From Gemmatimonadota bacterium (GTDB taxonomy: Bacteria > Gemmatimonadota > Gemmatimonadetes > Gemmatimonadales > GWC2-71-9), in contig JBDHKN010000001.1 in assembly GCA_039586365.1 (NCBI GenBank), positions 160,001 through 224,000 on the forward strand: a stretch of 64,000 nucleotides of DNA, written 5' to 3'. This document shows positions 38,611 through 49,071 of the stretch, in pieces. The notes beneath the pieces were generated by a model. The model saw only the letters and a list, made by a program, of their open reading frames with translations, ran no database searches and had not been told where the DNA came from. The position numbers and the translations under genes were made by a program. Position 1 is the stretch's first letter. Every line of letters begins with the position of its first letter.

Positions 38611-39102
38611 ATGAGGTGTTCAAGACTGCCTTTGGTGCTCGGGTGCGTAGTGGTGATGGGCTGCTCGACGGAAATGTCACTGCGGCAAGTCACCGAAGCG
38701 GAGCAAGCCGTCAATAGCCGACTGGACACTTGGGTCCGTGCGCTCAACAACGGTGAGTTGGATACCCTGCTGTTGATGCACCATCGTGTGTCGGAGTTGA
38801 CAGTCATCTGGGCTAACGGTCAGGAGGCGCAGGGATGGGAGGAGGAAGAGACGGCCTACCGGGAGTTCTTTGCGAGCATTGACCGCATGAACTTGGCTAT
38901 GCAGCGCCCGTCGATTGAGATCTTGAGTCCCCGGTTCGCGATCACGACACTGCGCCACTCCACTGATATTATCAGACAAGGTGGCGAGCGTGATGCTCCG
39001 ATGGCTGGACATGCGACGTTAATCTGGGTGAAGGATCCCACTGATGACGAGTGGAAGATTCACCTGTCGCACATGTCCCAACGGCCGCCGCCGATCAACT
39101 AG
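38611..39102 (+). CDS. NTF2/SnoaL-like lipoprotein
   Basis: Lipoprotein-like signal ending VVMGC; TLIWVK...WKI...H.S; upstream TTGACG-N16-TACCTT. Confidence 0.7.
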   Translation: MRCSRLPLVLGCVVVMGCSTEMSLRQVTEAEQAVNSRLDTWVRALNNGELDTLLLMHHRVSELTVIWANGQEAQGWEEEETAYREFFASIDRMNLAMQRPSIEILSPRFAITTLRHSTDIIRQGGERDAPMAGHATLIWVKDPTDDEWKIHLSHMSQRPPPIN

Positions 39103-39285
39103 CGGTCAGCGCGTAATCGGCGGTCTAGCTGCTCCCTCTGGGCGCAAACGGGAGGGTTATGACCCTCCTTTGTCTCCCCAAACCAGAGGTAAACTGCTGT
39201 TCGTGCTGTTTCGTTAGCGTCAACCGCTTGTGCGACAGGTGCTTACCATTTATTGTGTTGCAACTTCCCACTGGAGGCCCGGCTG

Positions 39286-40401
39286 GTGTCGGACCCCTTC
39301 CTAAATTCAGACGATTATAGCGAGCGGGCTCATAGTCTCTACAACTCAGGACGGTACGATGAAGCACTCGAGGTCTTGCGCGACGGTCTCGAGGTGTACC
39401 CTTTCTCCATAGATCTGCAAGTAGGTATGGCCTACGCCCGGCTGGCTCGTGAAGAGTACGCCTGGGCACGGCACAGTTTCGAACGAGCGGTCTCTTTGGA
39501 TCCCGACCACGAAGAGTCACTGGCCGGAATGGGCGAGACGCTGTTGAAACTCGGTGAGCGAGGGGCCGCTCTGCAATGCTTTGACAGAGTTCTTTCGCTG
39601 GGATTCCGCGACGACCACGATTTGATGCTCCAGATTGGGCGCGCGCTTTTCCGCGAGGGGATGGTGGATCACGCCCGCGGATTCTTTGAGATCGCGGTGC
39701 ATGCCCATCCGGATTCTTCTGAGGCGGCGTCCTGCCTGGGCTATGCCGCGCATAGGGTGGGCGACGAGGACGCAGCGCTCTACTGGCTGCGCCGGTCCCT
39801 CGATCTCGAAGCGAGCCACGCCGAAGCACGTATCTACCTTGGCAACCTGTTGTATGATCGAGGTGAATACGAGGCGGCTCTGTTCCACTTTGAGCGGACC
39901 GATCCGGGTGATCACTTTGATGAGTTAGCCGTATGGCGGCTCATCGAGCTCAAGAAGTCCATCTACCGGCTCCCGGATGATGACGTGGAACTCCAGCCAT
40001 GGTCGGGGCGGCTAGCGGAGCTTGCCGACGAGGCTGATCCGACAGAGCAACTTCTGTCGGAAGTGGAAGCCACACAGCCGGACGGTACTCTCCGGGACCC
40101 GCACCAGCTCGAGCTCTTCGGCACCTTGCTGGTCGAGCTTCAGGGGATGCAACGACGTCCCCCCAACGAGACTCACCGAGTGAAGACCACCACGGGCGTG
40201 ACATACACGGGATCGTGGGAGATGATCATCCTGCAAATGAAGATGGATGATCGAGAGCTGTCTGAATCGTCCCTCGAGCTGTACATGGCCCGTGTCGCCC
40301 GTCGCAGCCGCGTGGAAACGGGGCTTGCGATCCCGGTTACAGACGCTGAGAGTTTTGTGCGTGGCGCAGCGGCTGCAGGGCTACTGAAGATTCTCGGGTG
40401 A
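39286..40401 (+). CDS. TPR-repeat protein
   Basis: Multiple TPR repeats; GGAGG SD before GTG 39286. Confidence 0.85.
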   Translation: MSDPFLNSDDYSERAHSLYNSGRYDEALEVLRDGLEVYPFSIDLQVGMAYARLAREEYAWARHSFERAVSLDPDHEESLAGMGETLLKLGERGAALQCFDRVLSLGFRDDHDLMLQIGRALFREGMVDHARGFFEIAVHAHPDSSEAASCLGYAAHRVGDEDAALYWLRRSLDLEASHAEARIYLGNLLYDRGEYEAALFHFERTDPGDHFDELAVWRLIELKKSIYRLPDDDVELQPWSGRLAELADEADPTEQLLSEVEATQPDGTLRDPHQLELFGTLLVELQGMQRRPPNETHRVKTTTGVTYTGSWEMIILQMKMDDRELSESSLELYMARVARRSRVETGLAIPVTDAESFVRGAAAAGLLKILG

Positions 40402-40507
40402 CCTAGGGTCAGCCGGCAGCCACAGGGCTGTCAAGTGACTGTAGTGAGCGCGTCGGTCACTCCACTTCTAGTGAAGTATCCTCCTCGCCCCGATTACCTT
40501 TCCCCAC

Positions 40508-43117
40508 ATGAGATGGACCACTGGCGTACGTAGGCGAGTCCTTTCCAATGGCTTGACCGTTCTGGTGCAGCGCGACAGTTCCGCACCGGTGGTGGCGGTG
40601 GTGACCCACGTCAAAGCCGGTTATTTCGATGAGCCCGACCACTGGGTGGGGATCTCTCACGTGCTGGAGCACATGTTCTTCAAGGGTACAGCCCGTAGGG
40701 GACCGGGTGAGATAGCTCGTGACACCCAGCTGCTCGGCGGCTATCTCAACGCGGCTACTAGCTACGACAAGACGGTCTACTACACCGTCTTACCTTCCAC
40801 CGGTGATGGGTTGGCACAGGCGTTGGATGTGCAGGCGGACGCCCTCATGCACACCGCGCTAGATCCCGCGGAACTCGAGCGGGAGCTGCAAGTGATCATT
40901 CAGGAGGCTAACCGGAAGCTCGACACTCCCGCGGCCGTGACAGTGGAGACTCTCTACGAGCTGCTTTTCACCCGACACCGGATGAGACGCTGGCGAATCG
41001 GGACGGAGGAGGGGCTGAAACAACTGAGTAAGAATGACCTGCTGTCATACTCCAAGACACGATACACTCCCGCACGAGTTATCGTGAGCATCGTCGGTGA
41101 TCTCGAGGTAGGCAGGGCCTTTGAGCTGGCGGAACAGCGGTATGGTGGCTGGCATCGACCGGCGGCCGCTATCGAGAGTTCTCCGGCGGAGCCTAGTGGC
41201 GCACCACCAGCGATTCGCGTGATCAACGGCGACGTAGCGCGGCCACTGGCCGTGGTGGGATGGCGTACTGTCCCCACTCTGCATCCTGACGCTCCCGCGC
41301 TCGACGTGACTGCATCTGTGCTCGGCGCTGGTCGGGGATCACGGCTGTACCGAGCGGTGCGAACACCGGGCCTCGCAAGCAGTGCGCGTGCGTCACACTA
41401 CACGCCGACTGAAGTGGGTGTCTTCGACCTCTCACTCGAGAGTGACGAAGCGCGGCTGGATGATGCTGTGATGCGCAGTGGCGAACTGGTTGTGGAGTTG
41501 GCTAGGCACGGACCGGAAGTGGCAGAACTCAACCGCGTGCGCTCGTTGGCCGAGTCTCAGTGGGCCCGCCAATTCGAATCGATGGATGGGCGAGCCGCAG
41601 CACTCGGTGAGGCCGAAGCGCTGGGCGGGTATGCGCTGGCAGACGAGTACTATGAGCGGACAATGCAGGTGACCGCGGACGACGTACGATCCGTTACCGC
41701 CAAGTATTTGACACCTGAATGCGCATGTGCGGTGCTCTTCCTGCCTGAAGGCGGGAGCAGCAGACTGACAGACCAAGAGTGGCCCCTGACACTCACCGAC
41801 GTGAGACAGTCCCATCACTCGATTGCCGAATATGCTGGCCGTGGGTCATGCGAGAATGGCTTGGGTGGAGAGAAAGTAGTTGACTATGACGGTGGCATCA
41901 GGCGTTGCTCGCTGGCGGGTGTCGACATGCTGGTTAGATCAAAACGGGGCGCGGGATTGATCACGGTTGCGCTTCACCTAGCGGGAGTTCCCGGTCGGGA
42001 AACCGAAGAGATCGCCGGAATCTCTAGTCTGCTAGGTCGTTCTTGTGTCCGGGGGGCTGGGGGGATGAAGCACGAGGAACTGGCGCTGGCCACCGAGCTA
42101 CTGGGTGGAGGAATCGCACCGAGCAGCTCGGTGGATGGGTTGGGGTGGGCAATGACGGTTCGGGCTGCAGCCTTATCTGAGGCTGCCGAGTTGCTACGGC
42201 TCGTGGCTCTGGAACCCACACTCGCCAGCGACGACATCGCCGTCGAACGTACACTTCAGGCCAGCGACGCGCGGCGCGTGCGGGACGACATGTATGCATA
42301 TCCGATCCGGATGGTTCTCCGCACAGCATATGCCGGGGATCCCTACGGCCTTCCGGCTCTAGGCGACCCCGAGACCATCGAAGCGGTGAGCGACGAGCAG
42401 GTGAGGTCTTGGCAAGACCTGATCAGTTCCCACAGAGCTGTCGTGGTCGCGGTGGGCGACATGGAGCCCGATGCGCTGTTGGATCGGCTGCAGCCCCTCG
42501 CGTCCTGGCCGGCCGAATCCGGACCCGCATTTTCAGAAGGAAGCGCCCCGGTTTTCTCACCGGAGATGGGCTTCGAGCTACGTGACAAGGCGCAGAGCGC
42601 GTTGGCCATGGCCTTCCCCGCCTTTCCCTACCGGTGCGAAGATCGACACGCACTAGTTGTGACTGGAGCTCTCCTGAGTGGTCTGGCAGGGCGGCTTTTC
42701 GACGAACTGCGGGAGAGACGATCCCTCGCTTACTCGGTATCGGCCATGCCGTGGCTGCGCGGTCGCGCGGGTGCTGTACTGAGCTATATCGCAACCTCCC
42801 CCGAGCGAGAGGATGAAGCCCGGGAGGTGATATTGGCCGAGTTGTGCCGGATCGCAACGCAGCCGGTCACTGAATCGGAACTCGCCCGGGCGCGCAACTA
42901 CGCAGCGGGATTGGCGGAAATCCGGCAACAGAGCGGGGCCGCAGTAGCAAGTGAGATTCTCGCTGCGTGGACGTACGGCGTGCTTGACGAGCTCGCGACC
43001 GTGCCCGAGCGGCTCCGCTCGGTAAGCGCGCAGGACGTGGCCAGGGTGTCAGCTAGGGTGTTCGATCCGGAGAGACGGGCGGAGTACGTGGTTCGCGGCA
43101 GCGGGAAGGGGCGGTAG
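40508..43117 (+). CDS. M16 (pitrilysin/insulinase) family zinc peptidase
   Basis: HVLEHMFFKGT (HxxEH), NAATSYD and a duplicated M16 architecture. Confidence 0.93.
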   Translation: MRWTTGVRRRVLSNGLTVLVQRDSSAPVVAVVTHVKAGYFDEPDHWVGISHVLEHMFFKGTARRGPGEIARDTQLLGGYLNAATSYDKTVYYTVLPSTGDGLAQALDVQADALMHTALDPAELERELQVIIQEANRKLDTPAAVTVETLYELLFTRHRMRRWRIGTEEGLKQLSKNDLLSYSKTRYTPARVIVSIVGDLEVGRAFELAEQRYGGWHRPAAAIESSPAEPSGAPPAIRVINGDVARPLAVVGWRTVPTLHPDAPALDVTASVLGAGRGSRLYRAVRTPGLASSARASHYTPTEVGVFDLSLESDEARLDDAVMRSGELVVELARHGPEVAELNRVRSLAESQWARQFESMDGRAAALGEAEALGGYALADEYYERTMQVTADDVRSVTAKYLTPECACAVLFLPEGGSSRLTDQEWPLTLTDVRQSHHSIAEYAGRGSCENGLGGEKVVDYDGGIRRCSLAGVDMLVRSKRGAGLITVALHLAGVPGRETEEIAGISSLLGRSCVRGAGGMKHEELALATELLGGGIAPSSSVDGLGWAMTVRAAALSEAAELLRLVALEPTLASDDIAVERTLQASDARRVRDDMYAYPIRMVLRTAYAGDPYGLPALGDPETIEAVSDEQVRSWQDLISSHRAVVVAVGDMEPDALLDRLQPLASWPAESGPAFSEGSAPVFSPEMGFELRDKAQSALAMAFPAFPYRCEDRHALVVTGALLSGLAGRLFDELRERRSLAYSVSAMPWLRGRAGAVLSYIATSPEREDEAREVILAELCRIATQPVTESELARARNYAAGLAEIRQQSGAAVASEILAAWTYGVLDELATVPERLRSVSAQDVARVSARVFDPERRAEYVVRGSGKGR

Positions 43118-43264
43118 GAGCGCGCAGGGTGTGAAACTGGCAGCTGGGTGGGTCAGTTCGGCGACTCCATGCACGTTTAGCCAGGGTCGCTGGGCTGGGA
43201 CGCGGGAAGCTGGATTTGGGGTGTGGTGAAGGGTAACACCCCACGCGGAACTGGGTTGGCGCCG

Positions 43265-43723
43265 TCAGAACATCGACATCGCCAGAAAGGAGCGCAGGTT
43301 TTCGTTGGTTGCCCTCAGACGTTCCGACAGGAGTCTTACTACTGACCAGAGGACCTTGAAGGCAAGTTCGTGATCGAAGTCAAGCAGCATCTCGAAGTCA
43401 GGGCGGTTGATCGTGATCAGTGCGCAATCGGTATTGGCAATGGCATCCGTTGAGCGGGTCGATCGATCGAACACGGACATTTCACCGAAGCAGGCGCCAG
43501 GTTTGAGGATGGCGAGGGCCTCTTCTCCGGAACCGGGAACTTCTCGCGAGATGCGTACCTCGCCCGCGGCAATGATATAAAGACGATTGCCGGGGTCATT
43601 TTCCCTGAAGATTGTCTGGGCCGACTTGAAATCTTGCTCTTTGCAGATCTCCTTTACCCGTTCGAGCTCCTTGTCGTCCAGACCTGCGAAGATCCTGGCG
43701 TTCTTGAGAAGGCTGGTGTCCAT
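43265..43723 (-). CDS. Stand-alone cyclic-nucleotide-binding domain protein
   Basis: IFRENDPG, LYII..GEV and FGEMS...RS motifs; no HTH. Confidence 0.88.
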   Translation of the reverse strand: MDTSLLKNARIFAGLDDKELERVKEICKEQDFKSAQTIFRENDPGNRLYIIAAGEVRISREVPGSGEEALAILKPGACFGEMSVFDRSTRSTDAIANTDCALITINRPDFEMLLDFDHELAFKVLWSVVRLLSERLRATNENLRSFLAMSMF

Positions 43724-43752
43724 TTGATGACGTCTCCACTTCGGGAGCGGCG

Positions 43753-44310
43753 GTGCACGTGGAAGCTACAGATCCCACTTCGGCGCCACAAGTAAAGCGG
43801 CTAGTCGGTCCACCCGACCTGCTGACGGTGCTGCGGCTTCCGCTGGCTCTAGCGTTTCTGCTCGTTGAAGATGCTTACATACGCGTGGCGATCTTGGCGG
43901 CTGTGGCTGTGACCGACATCTCGGACGGGATCTGGGCTCGCCGCATCGGGGGGTCGCGTTTGGGGGCCGCGCTCGATCCAATTGTGGACAAGCTGTTCAT
44001 GGCGGCAGCGTTCTTCGTCGTGTTCCGCAGCGGTCTCTTGGCAGTGCTCGAGATTGTAGGTGTCTTACTGCGCGATATCGTGGCTGGATTGAGCTTCGTG
44101 GGTGTCTTGCTGTTGCGCAGGCCGACCACACTTCCAGCTCGGGCAGGGGGCAAGGCAGTAACCGTTTGTCAGGCCTTGACGTTGGCAGCCTTCCTAATGG
44201 AATCCGACCTGCTACGACCGCTGGCGTGGGCCACGGCTGGCATCTCGATCTATGCGATTGCAGACTACGTCAATGTAGCTTGGACTCGCAGCGGGACTCG
44301 TTCACACTAG
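43753..44310 (+). CDS. CDP-alcohol phosphatidyltransferase
   Basis: DISDGIWAR...GAALDPIVDK signature. Confidence 0.88.
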   Translation: MHVEATDPTSAPQVKRLVGPPDLLTVLRLPLALAFLLVEDAYIRVAILAAVAVTDISDGIWARRIGGSRLGAALDPIVDKLFMAAAFFVVFRSGLLAVLEIVGVLLRDIVAGLSFVGVLLLRRPTTLPARAGGKAVTVCQALTLAAFLMESDLLRPLAWATAGISIYAIADYVNVAWTRSGTRSH

Positions 44311-44324
44311 GAGAGTGATTTCAC

Positions 44325-44849
44325 ATGCGCGTTTACGTCGCCGTGCTGTTGAGCTGCGTAGCAGCGACTCCCTTGTTGTCACAGCAGGAGTTCCAGCCGC
44401 CCAGAGGCCAGGCTGTCACCCCTAGGTTTCGGTTGGGTCTGTTCGGGTTTGGGGTGCATGGTGGCATTGATTTCACGGGTGATGATCAGCTGGTGCTGGG
44501 CACAGCAGTCGATTTGGGTGACCTATACACCGATCGCTTGCGTATGCGGGCGACCGGCGAGTTGGGACGCGGTGGGGACGGTGACAACTATGTCATCAAC
44601 GGGGAGTTGGTATACCGGTTCGTTGCGGATACCATACTTGCCGTGCCGTACGTAGGGGTCGGAGTCGCTCTGTTCTCCCAGGAAAACTGTGACTCTGCGC
44701 CCGGTTGCCCGGGGCTATGGCTCCAATTTGCCCTCGGTTTTGAGATAAAGATCCGCGAGCCCATAAGCTGGTTGCTGGAATACCACTCCGAAGATGCCTT
44801 CCGCCGTCATCGGCTGCTTTTCGGACTCACTACGAGACGGGTGCGGTAG
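44325..44849 (+). CDS. Hypothetical secreted protein, probable small outer-membrane beta-barrel
   Basis: Signal peptide; amphipathic strands; PYVGVG motif. Confidence 0.7.
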   Translation: MRVYVAVLLSCVAATPLLSQQEFQPPRGQAVTPRFRLGLFGFGVHGGIDFTGDDQLVLGTAVDLGDLYTDRLRMRATGELGRGGDGDNYVINGELVYRFVADTILAVPYVGVGVALFSQENCDSAPGCPGLWLQFALGFEIKIREPISWLLEYHSEDAFRRHRLLFGLTTRRVR

Positions 44850-45266
44850 ATGGAGAATGTACGCGCAGTGCGGCTGGACTGGATGGGGGTGGGCCTCCGA
44901 TTTCGTGGCGGTGGTACTGACCCAGAGACTCCTGCGGTGGAACTCGATGGAGACGGTGCAACCGGTCCGAGCCCCATGCTCGTCCTCCTCTTGGCCGCAG
45001 CCGGTTGCTCCGGTGCTGATGTGGTGGCGATACTCTCGAAGCTGAAGGTTAGGTTGGACGCTTGTGCGGTGGATGTGTCCGGCATCCGGCGGGAGGGACA
45101 TCCCAAGAGGTATGCGTCCTTGAAATTCGTGTTCCACTTGTCTGGTGACGGGCTCGACCGGGCCAAGGCAGAACGTGCTGTGGGCCTGTCGCTCAAGAAG
45201 TACTGCTCCGTGGTGCATTCCCTTGCCCGAGACATCAGAATTGAGCATGAGATCAAGCTTACCTAG
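44850..45266 (+). CDS. OsmC-family protein
   Basis: GPSPM...AAGCSG and LSLKKYCSV..SL motifs. Confidence 0.9.
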   Translation: MENVRAVRLDWMGVGLRFRGGGTDPETPAVELDGDGATGPSPMLVLLLAAAGCSGADVVAILSKLKVRLDACAVDVSGIRREGHPKRYASLKFVFHLSGDGLDRAKAERAVGLSLKKYCSVVHSLARDIRIEHEIKLT

Positions 45267-45717
45267 GGCACTTTTTGCAGCGGGCTATCTAGCCTACATC
45301 GGGGCGCCGGCTGCGTGGGCACAGCGGGCAACGGAGTTCCAGGTGCACGGTTTGGGCACGTTTGGGGATGACCAGTTTTGGGGTGGCGGCCTAGGGATTG
45401 CTCTGAGGAGTCAAGGGCGTATGAGAGCGGGCGTCTACACCAGTGTGGGGGCTTTTGAGGGCGAAGTGGCGGTTCGGCCTGAGGGCATTCTCTCATTTCA
45501 CCTCAATCCTTACAGGCGCAGTGGAGTGTCACCGTACGCCGGCGGTGGTATTGCAGTGCTGTTGATTAGAGACGCAAGTCGTGAATACATCGTTGGGGTA
45601 ATAGGGATTGAGTGGCGTCCGGCGACTGGCAGTGGTTGGTTCGTGGAAGCTGGGATCGGGGGTGGTGTGCGATTGGCGCTCGGGCATCAGTTGCGGAGAC
45701 GGGCAGGTCGCCGCTAG
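45247..45717 (+). CDS. Hypothetical secreted protein, probable small outer-membrane beta-barrel
   Basis: Signal peptide ending AWAQ; SPYAGGG motif; start moved to ATG 45247. Confidence 0.65.
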   Translation: MRSSLPRALFAAGYLAYIGAPAAWAQRATEFQVHGLGTFGDDQFWGGGLGIALRSQGRMRAGVYTSVGAFEGEVAVRPEGILSFHLNPYRRSGVSPYAGGGIAVLLIRDASREYIVGVIGIEWRPATGSGWFVEAGIGGGVRLALGHQLRRRAGRR

Positions 45718-45774
45718 AAAGCAACCCCGCCGTTATCGGCAGGGTCCATTCGAATCCCCCGAATAGCAGCAACC

Positions 45775-46044
45775 CTAGTTGGTGGCCCCGACTTCTGAAT
45801 CGTGGTTCTTGACCGGCCGGCAATACTGCTCACCGAGGCTGCGGATCGAAGCCAATTCGTCCTCGCTGAGAGCCGTATAGCGCTCCGCCATATACTCCAT
45901 TGTATCGTCAAACCAATCCTTTTGCTGCGCCAGCTCCGCCTGTAGAACGCCGCAGTGAAGGATGTGGCTGAAAAGTTCGTCGCGAGCCTTGTCGTAGGGG
46001 CTGGAGTTGTCCTCTTTGCGCGGTTTCGCTTTCTTTTTTCCCAT
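45775..46044 (-). CDS. Hypothetical protein
   Basis: 89-aa ORF with AGGAG SD and protein-like composition. Confidence 0.75.
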   Translation of the reverse strand: MGKKKAKPRKEDNSSPYDKARDELFSHILHCGVLQAELAQQKDWFDDTMEYMAERYTALSEDELASIRSLGEQYCRPVKNHDSEVGATN

Positions 46045-46177
46045 GTAGAACTCCTAATTACAGCGGCGATTCCTACAATCACCTAATGTACCATCTGGCA
46101 AGGGCATGGCGCAAACCCCGCAGCTGGGAACATGTTAGCACGTGCCGCGTATGTCCACGGTATCGGGAGCGTGAGGA

Positions 46178-46471
46178 ATGTCTGAACAGGTTTACGACAA
46201 CGATCGCAGAGATCGGCTGGTGCTGTTGCTTCGTGCACTCGCTGCTAGAATACGGGAACTCCAGAGTGACGAGGACCTGCTTCGTGCCGGGCCCGAGTTG
46301 ATTAAGATGATGGGAGACGCTCGCGGCGAGTTGTTTCATTATGAAGTGCGCTGCACATATGATACTCCGGAGATCGCGAACAGCCGGCGGATCGTAGAAC
46401 AAGCGCGTAACCAGATGGAGGCCCCGGACTTCGGGGACTCGGAGGAGAATTCGGAATGGCAGGGCGTGTGA
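46178..46471 (+). CDS. Hypothetical protein
   Basis: 97-aa helical ORF with GAGG upstream, overlapping the next gene. Confidence 0.72.
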   Translation: MSEQVYDNDRRDRLVLLLRALAARIRELQSDEDLLRAGPELIKMMGDARGELFHYEVRCTYDTPEIANSRRIVEQARNQMEAPDFGDSEENSEWQGV

Positions 46472-47124
46472 ATCTCAGGTTGTTCTACGCAGGGTTGGCA
46501 GTTATCGCGTTGATTGGTGCCGGTGCCATATGGATGGCCAGCTCTGGGGCGCGGCGTGCAGCGGTGCAGATACTGGAAGCGCCGGTTCCTGTTGGCACAT
46601 CCACCTTCCCGGGATTTGTGATCGGCAGCGATTCGGCTCCTGTAGAGATCGTGGAGTATGCTGACTTCGAATGCCCAGCCTGTGCCGCTTTCACGATCCT
46701 GGCCGGCCCCGACATCAAGCAACGGCTGGTGGCGACCGGATTGGTTCGATGGCGGTTCCGTGGCTATCCGCTGCACCAACAGTCGCTGCTTCCACATCAC
46801 GCGGCCCGCTGCGCGGGGGAACAGGGGCTGTTCTGGGAGATGCACGACCTCCTGATGCAGCAGCAGAGAGAGTGGATTACGTCCCGCCGACAATTGGGCA
46901 AGTTCCGCGAATACGCCCAAGCCGGCGGCGTCAATCTGGATGACTACGATGAGTGTATGCGAGAGGGTCGCTACGCGAGCCAGATCCTAGCCACACGAGA
47001 CGAGATTGCCGGATCGGTGAGTGCGACGCCGACCTTCGACATTGGCGATGTGCGATTGGTCGGTGCCCAGCCGTTCGACACTATCGCAAAATACGTAAGG
47101 CTCGCTGTTGACACGTCAAGATGA
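46456..47124 (+). CDS. DsbA-family thiol-disulfide oxidoreductase
   Basis: EYADFECPAC, FWEMHD and ATPTF (cis-Pro) motifs; N-terminal transmembrane helix. Confidence 0.92.
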   Translation: MAGRVNLRLFYAGLAVIALIGAGAIWMASSGARRAAVQILEAPVPVGTSTFPGFVIGSDSAPVEIVEYADFECPACAAFTILAGPDIKQRLVATGLVRWRFRGYPLHQQSLLPHHAARCAGEQGLFWEMHDLLMQQQREWITSRRQLGKFREYAQAGGVNLDDYDECMREGRYASQILATRDEIAGSVSATPTFDIGDVRLVGAQPFDTIAKYVRLAVDTSR

Positions 47125-47558
47125 AGTGTAGGATGGCGACAGCGGCCCTATCGCTGATTGGGTTCTTCATATCTCTCTACCTGTGGCTCTGGAAGCTGGG
47201 TTTGATGGGTCCCATGGTGTGCGTCTCAGGCGGTTGCGAGACTGTGCAGCTAAGCCAATACGCCGTCATGCTGGGAATACCGGTTGCGTTATATGGTGTG
47301 CTTGGTTTTGCAGGTCTGTTTCTGGTGAGTATCACGGCGTTGCAAGACCGTTGGGTTGAACGGAGAGAGCCAACGGTCCTACTGTTCCTTCTTTCATCGG
47401 GCGGAGTAGCGTTCGCTGGGTATCTAACCTACTTGGAGGCCTTCAAGATCCACGCTTGGTGCCAGTGGTGTGTCACGTGTGCGGTGCTGATTGTCTTGAT
47501 CTTCCTTATCTCCGTCTTGGCATTGCGTAGCCCGTCGTGCCTGACGTTCGAAGTCTAG
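47121..47558 (+). CDS. Vitamin K epoxide reductase (VKOR) family protein
   Basis: C...GCETVQLSQY loop cysteines and CQWC active site; ATGA coupling to the DsbA gene. Confidence 0.92.
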   Translation: MKCRMATAALSLIGFFISLYLWLWKLGLMGPMVCVSGGCETVQLSQYAVMLGIPVALYGVLGFAGLFLVSITALQDRWVERREPTVLLFLLSSGGVAFAGYLTYLEAFKIHAWCQWCVTCAVLIVLIFLISVLALRSPSCLTFEV

Positions 47559-47902
47559 CTCGAAGTTCTTGCGTCCTCCCCGTCGCTCCCCACTCGGCGA
47601 GCGATGCCCATCACCGGATCCGGCATCGATTGCCTTGCCAACGTGCTGACAGTCAGAGTGTTCTGACAAAGCGCCATCTGTAGCACCTGCTTCGGTGGGT
47701 GGTGCCAACGGGTGAAGTCTACCCGGGGTGAGAACCTTGCGTCGGCCAGCCCAGCCGTCTGGCTCTCTATATGTAACTCGTTGTAACACATAATCTTACG
47801 GTCCAGTGTGGTGGTGCCTGCAGCCCTGTCCAGCCCGGGTCCAGCGTTGCACGAACTTTGCATTCTTCGGCTTGACTAGCGAACCTGCGGGAGTTCAGGC
47901 AG

Positions 47903-48217
47903 TTGACAGCCCCCAGCACAGTCCAGCGCGTTATAGTCGCACCCGTGGTGCTCGATCTTGACACCCGTACCGAATTCCGGCGTCAGGCGGTTCGGGCGTT
48001 GGACGTGATGAGTGCCGGCGCGGGTCAACTGGTTCTGGACATGACTACAACCAAGTCCGTGGACAGTGCTGGTTTGGGTACGCTCGTGTTGATCCAGAGA
48101 CGGGCGGCGGCGAGTCGGATTCCCGTGCGATTGCGGGGAGTCAACGAAGACGTGCGATTCTTGCTCACCTTGACCAAACTCGAAGATCTCTTCCAGCTAG
48201 AGTCGATCCAAAACTAA
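47903..48217 (+). CDS. STAS-domain anti-sigma factor antagonist
   Basis: LVLDM...VDSAGLGTLV...LLTLTKL motifs. Confidence 0.85.
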   Translation: MTAPSTVQRVIVAPVVLDLDTRTEFRRQAVRALDVMSAGAGQLVLDMTTTKSVDSAGLGTLVLIQRRAAASRIPVRLRGVNEDVRFLLTLTKLEDLFQLESIQN

Positions 48218-48387
48218 CACGGCGCCATTCTATCGGCCGCAGTGCTATATTGCGGCCGTTCGTTGAGCCTGCTTCTAGCCGGATGCGCACGCCCCATGAG
48301 ACTTGCCTATAACTCCCTGTCGTTCACGTCTTCCCAAGGACGGACTGCGCAAAAGCACGGACGCGGTGACCGCGCCACCTGCGAGAG

Positions 48388-49071
48388 ATGAGTCCGGAGG
48401 CTAGGCCGGCTCTGGTCGCGCGTGGTGTGTCACGCAGGTTCGGGCATCGAGTGGTGGTTAGGGATGTATCCCTGGAGGTAGGGGGGGGAGACACGCTACT
48501 CCTGGTGGGTCACAACGGCGCAGGGAAGACCACGCTAATCCGACTGCTGGCGGGCTTACTGAAGCCCACCAAGGGCAGTGTTACCTACCGCGGAGTCCTT
48601 GGGATGGTCGCTCACAATTCCATGCTCTATGATGCCCTCACCGCCAGAGAAAACCTGTCATTCTACGGGAGCCTGTATGGCAGGGCTGCGGTGCAGCGGA
48701 GCGACGAGCTACTGGAGCGCATGGGACTCACGCCCCACGGGGACCGGCGGGTCGCCACGTTCAGCAGAGGCATGGTGCAACGGCTAGCCATAGCGCGAGC
48801 CCTTCTTCCCGATCCCAACTTGTTGCTCTTGGATGAGCCATTGACGGGGCTGGACGATGCTGCCTCCGGGACGGTGCGGGATGTGTTGGCCGATCTCAGG
48901 GCCCAAGATTGCGCTGTGATCGTTGCGACCCACCAACTAGTGGAGTTGGTAGATTTGGCTTCCGCGGTAGGGTTCCTGGTAGGAGGAAGGCTGGTGGCCG
49001 TCGAACCGATTGAAGGCCGCGATGCCACAGCAGTCATGGTACGTTATCGGGAGCTTGCCGCAAATGCCTAG
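48388..49071 (+). CDS. ccmA: Heme exporter ATP-binding subunit
   Basis: GHNGAGKT, FSRGM and LLLDEP motifs; first gene of ccmABCD. Confidence 0.88.
   Translation: MSPEARPALVARGVSRRFGHRVVVRDVSLEVGGGDTLLLVGHNGAGKTTLIRLLAGLLKPTKGSVTYRGVLGMVAHNSMLYDALTARENLSFYGSLYGRAAVQRSDELLERMGLTPHGDRRVATFSRGMVQRLAIARALLPDPNLLLLDEPLTGLDDAASGTVRDVLADLRAQDCAVIVATHQLVELVDLASAVGFLVGGRLVAVEPIEGRDATAVMVRYRELAANA

Noticed and set aside
47555..47863. 102-aa minus-strand ORF between VKOR and STAS
   Set aside because: No motif or SD; more likely the promoter region of the STAS gene
48234..48258. CGGCCGCA-N9-TGCGGCCG inverted repeat before ccmA
   Set aside because: Cannot distinguish a terminator of the STAS gene from an operator; unremarkable
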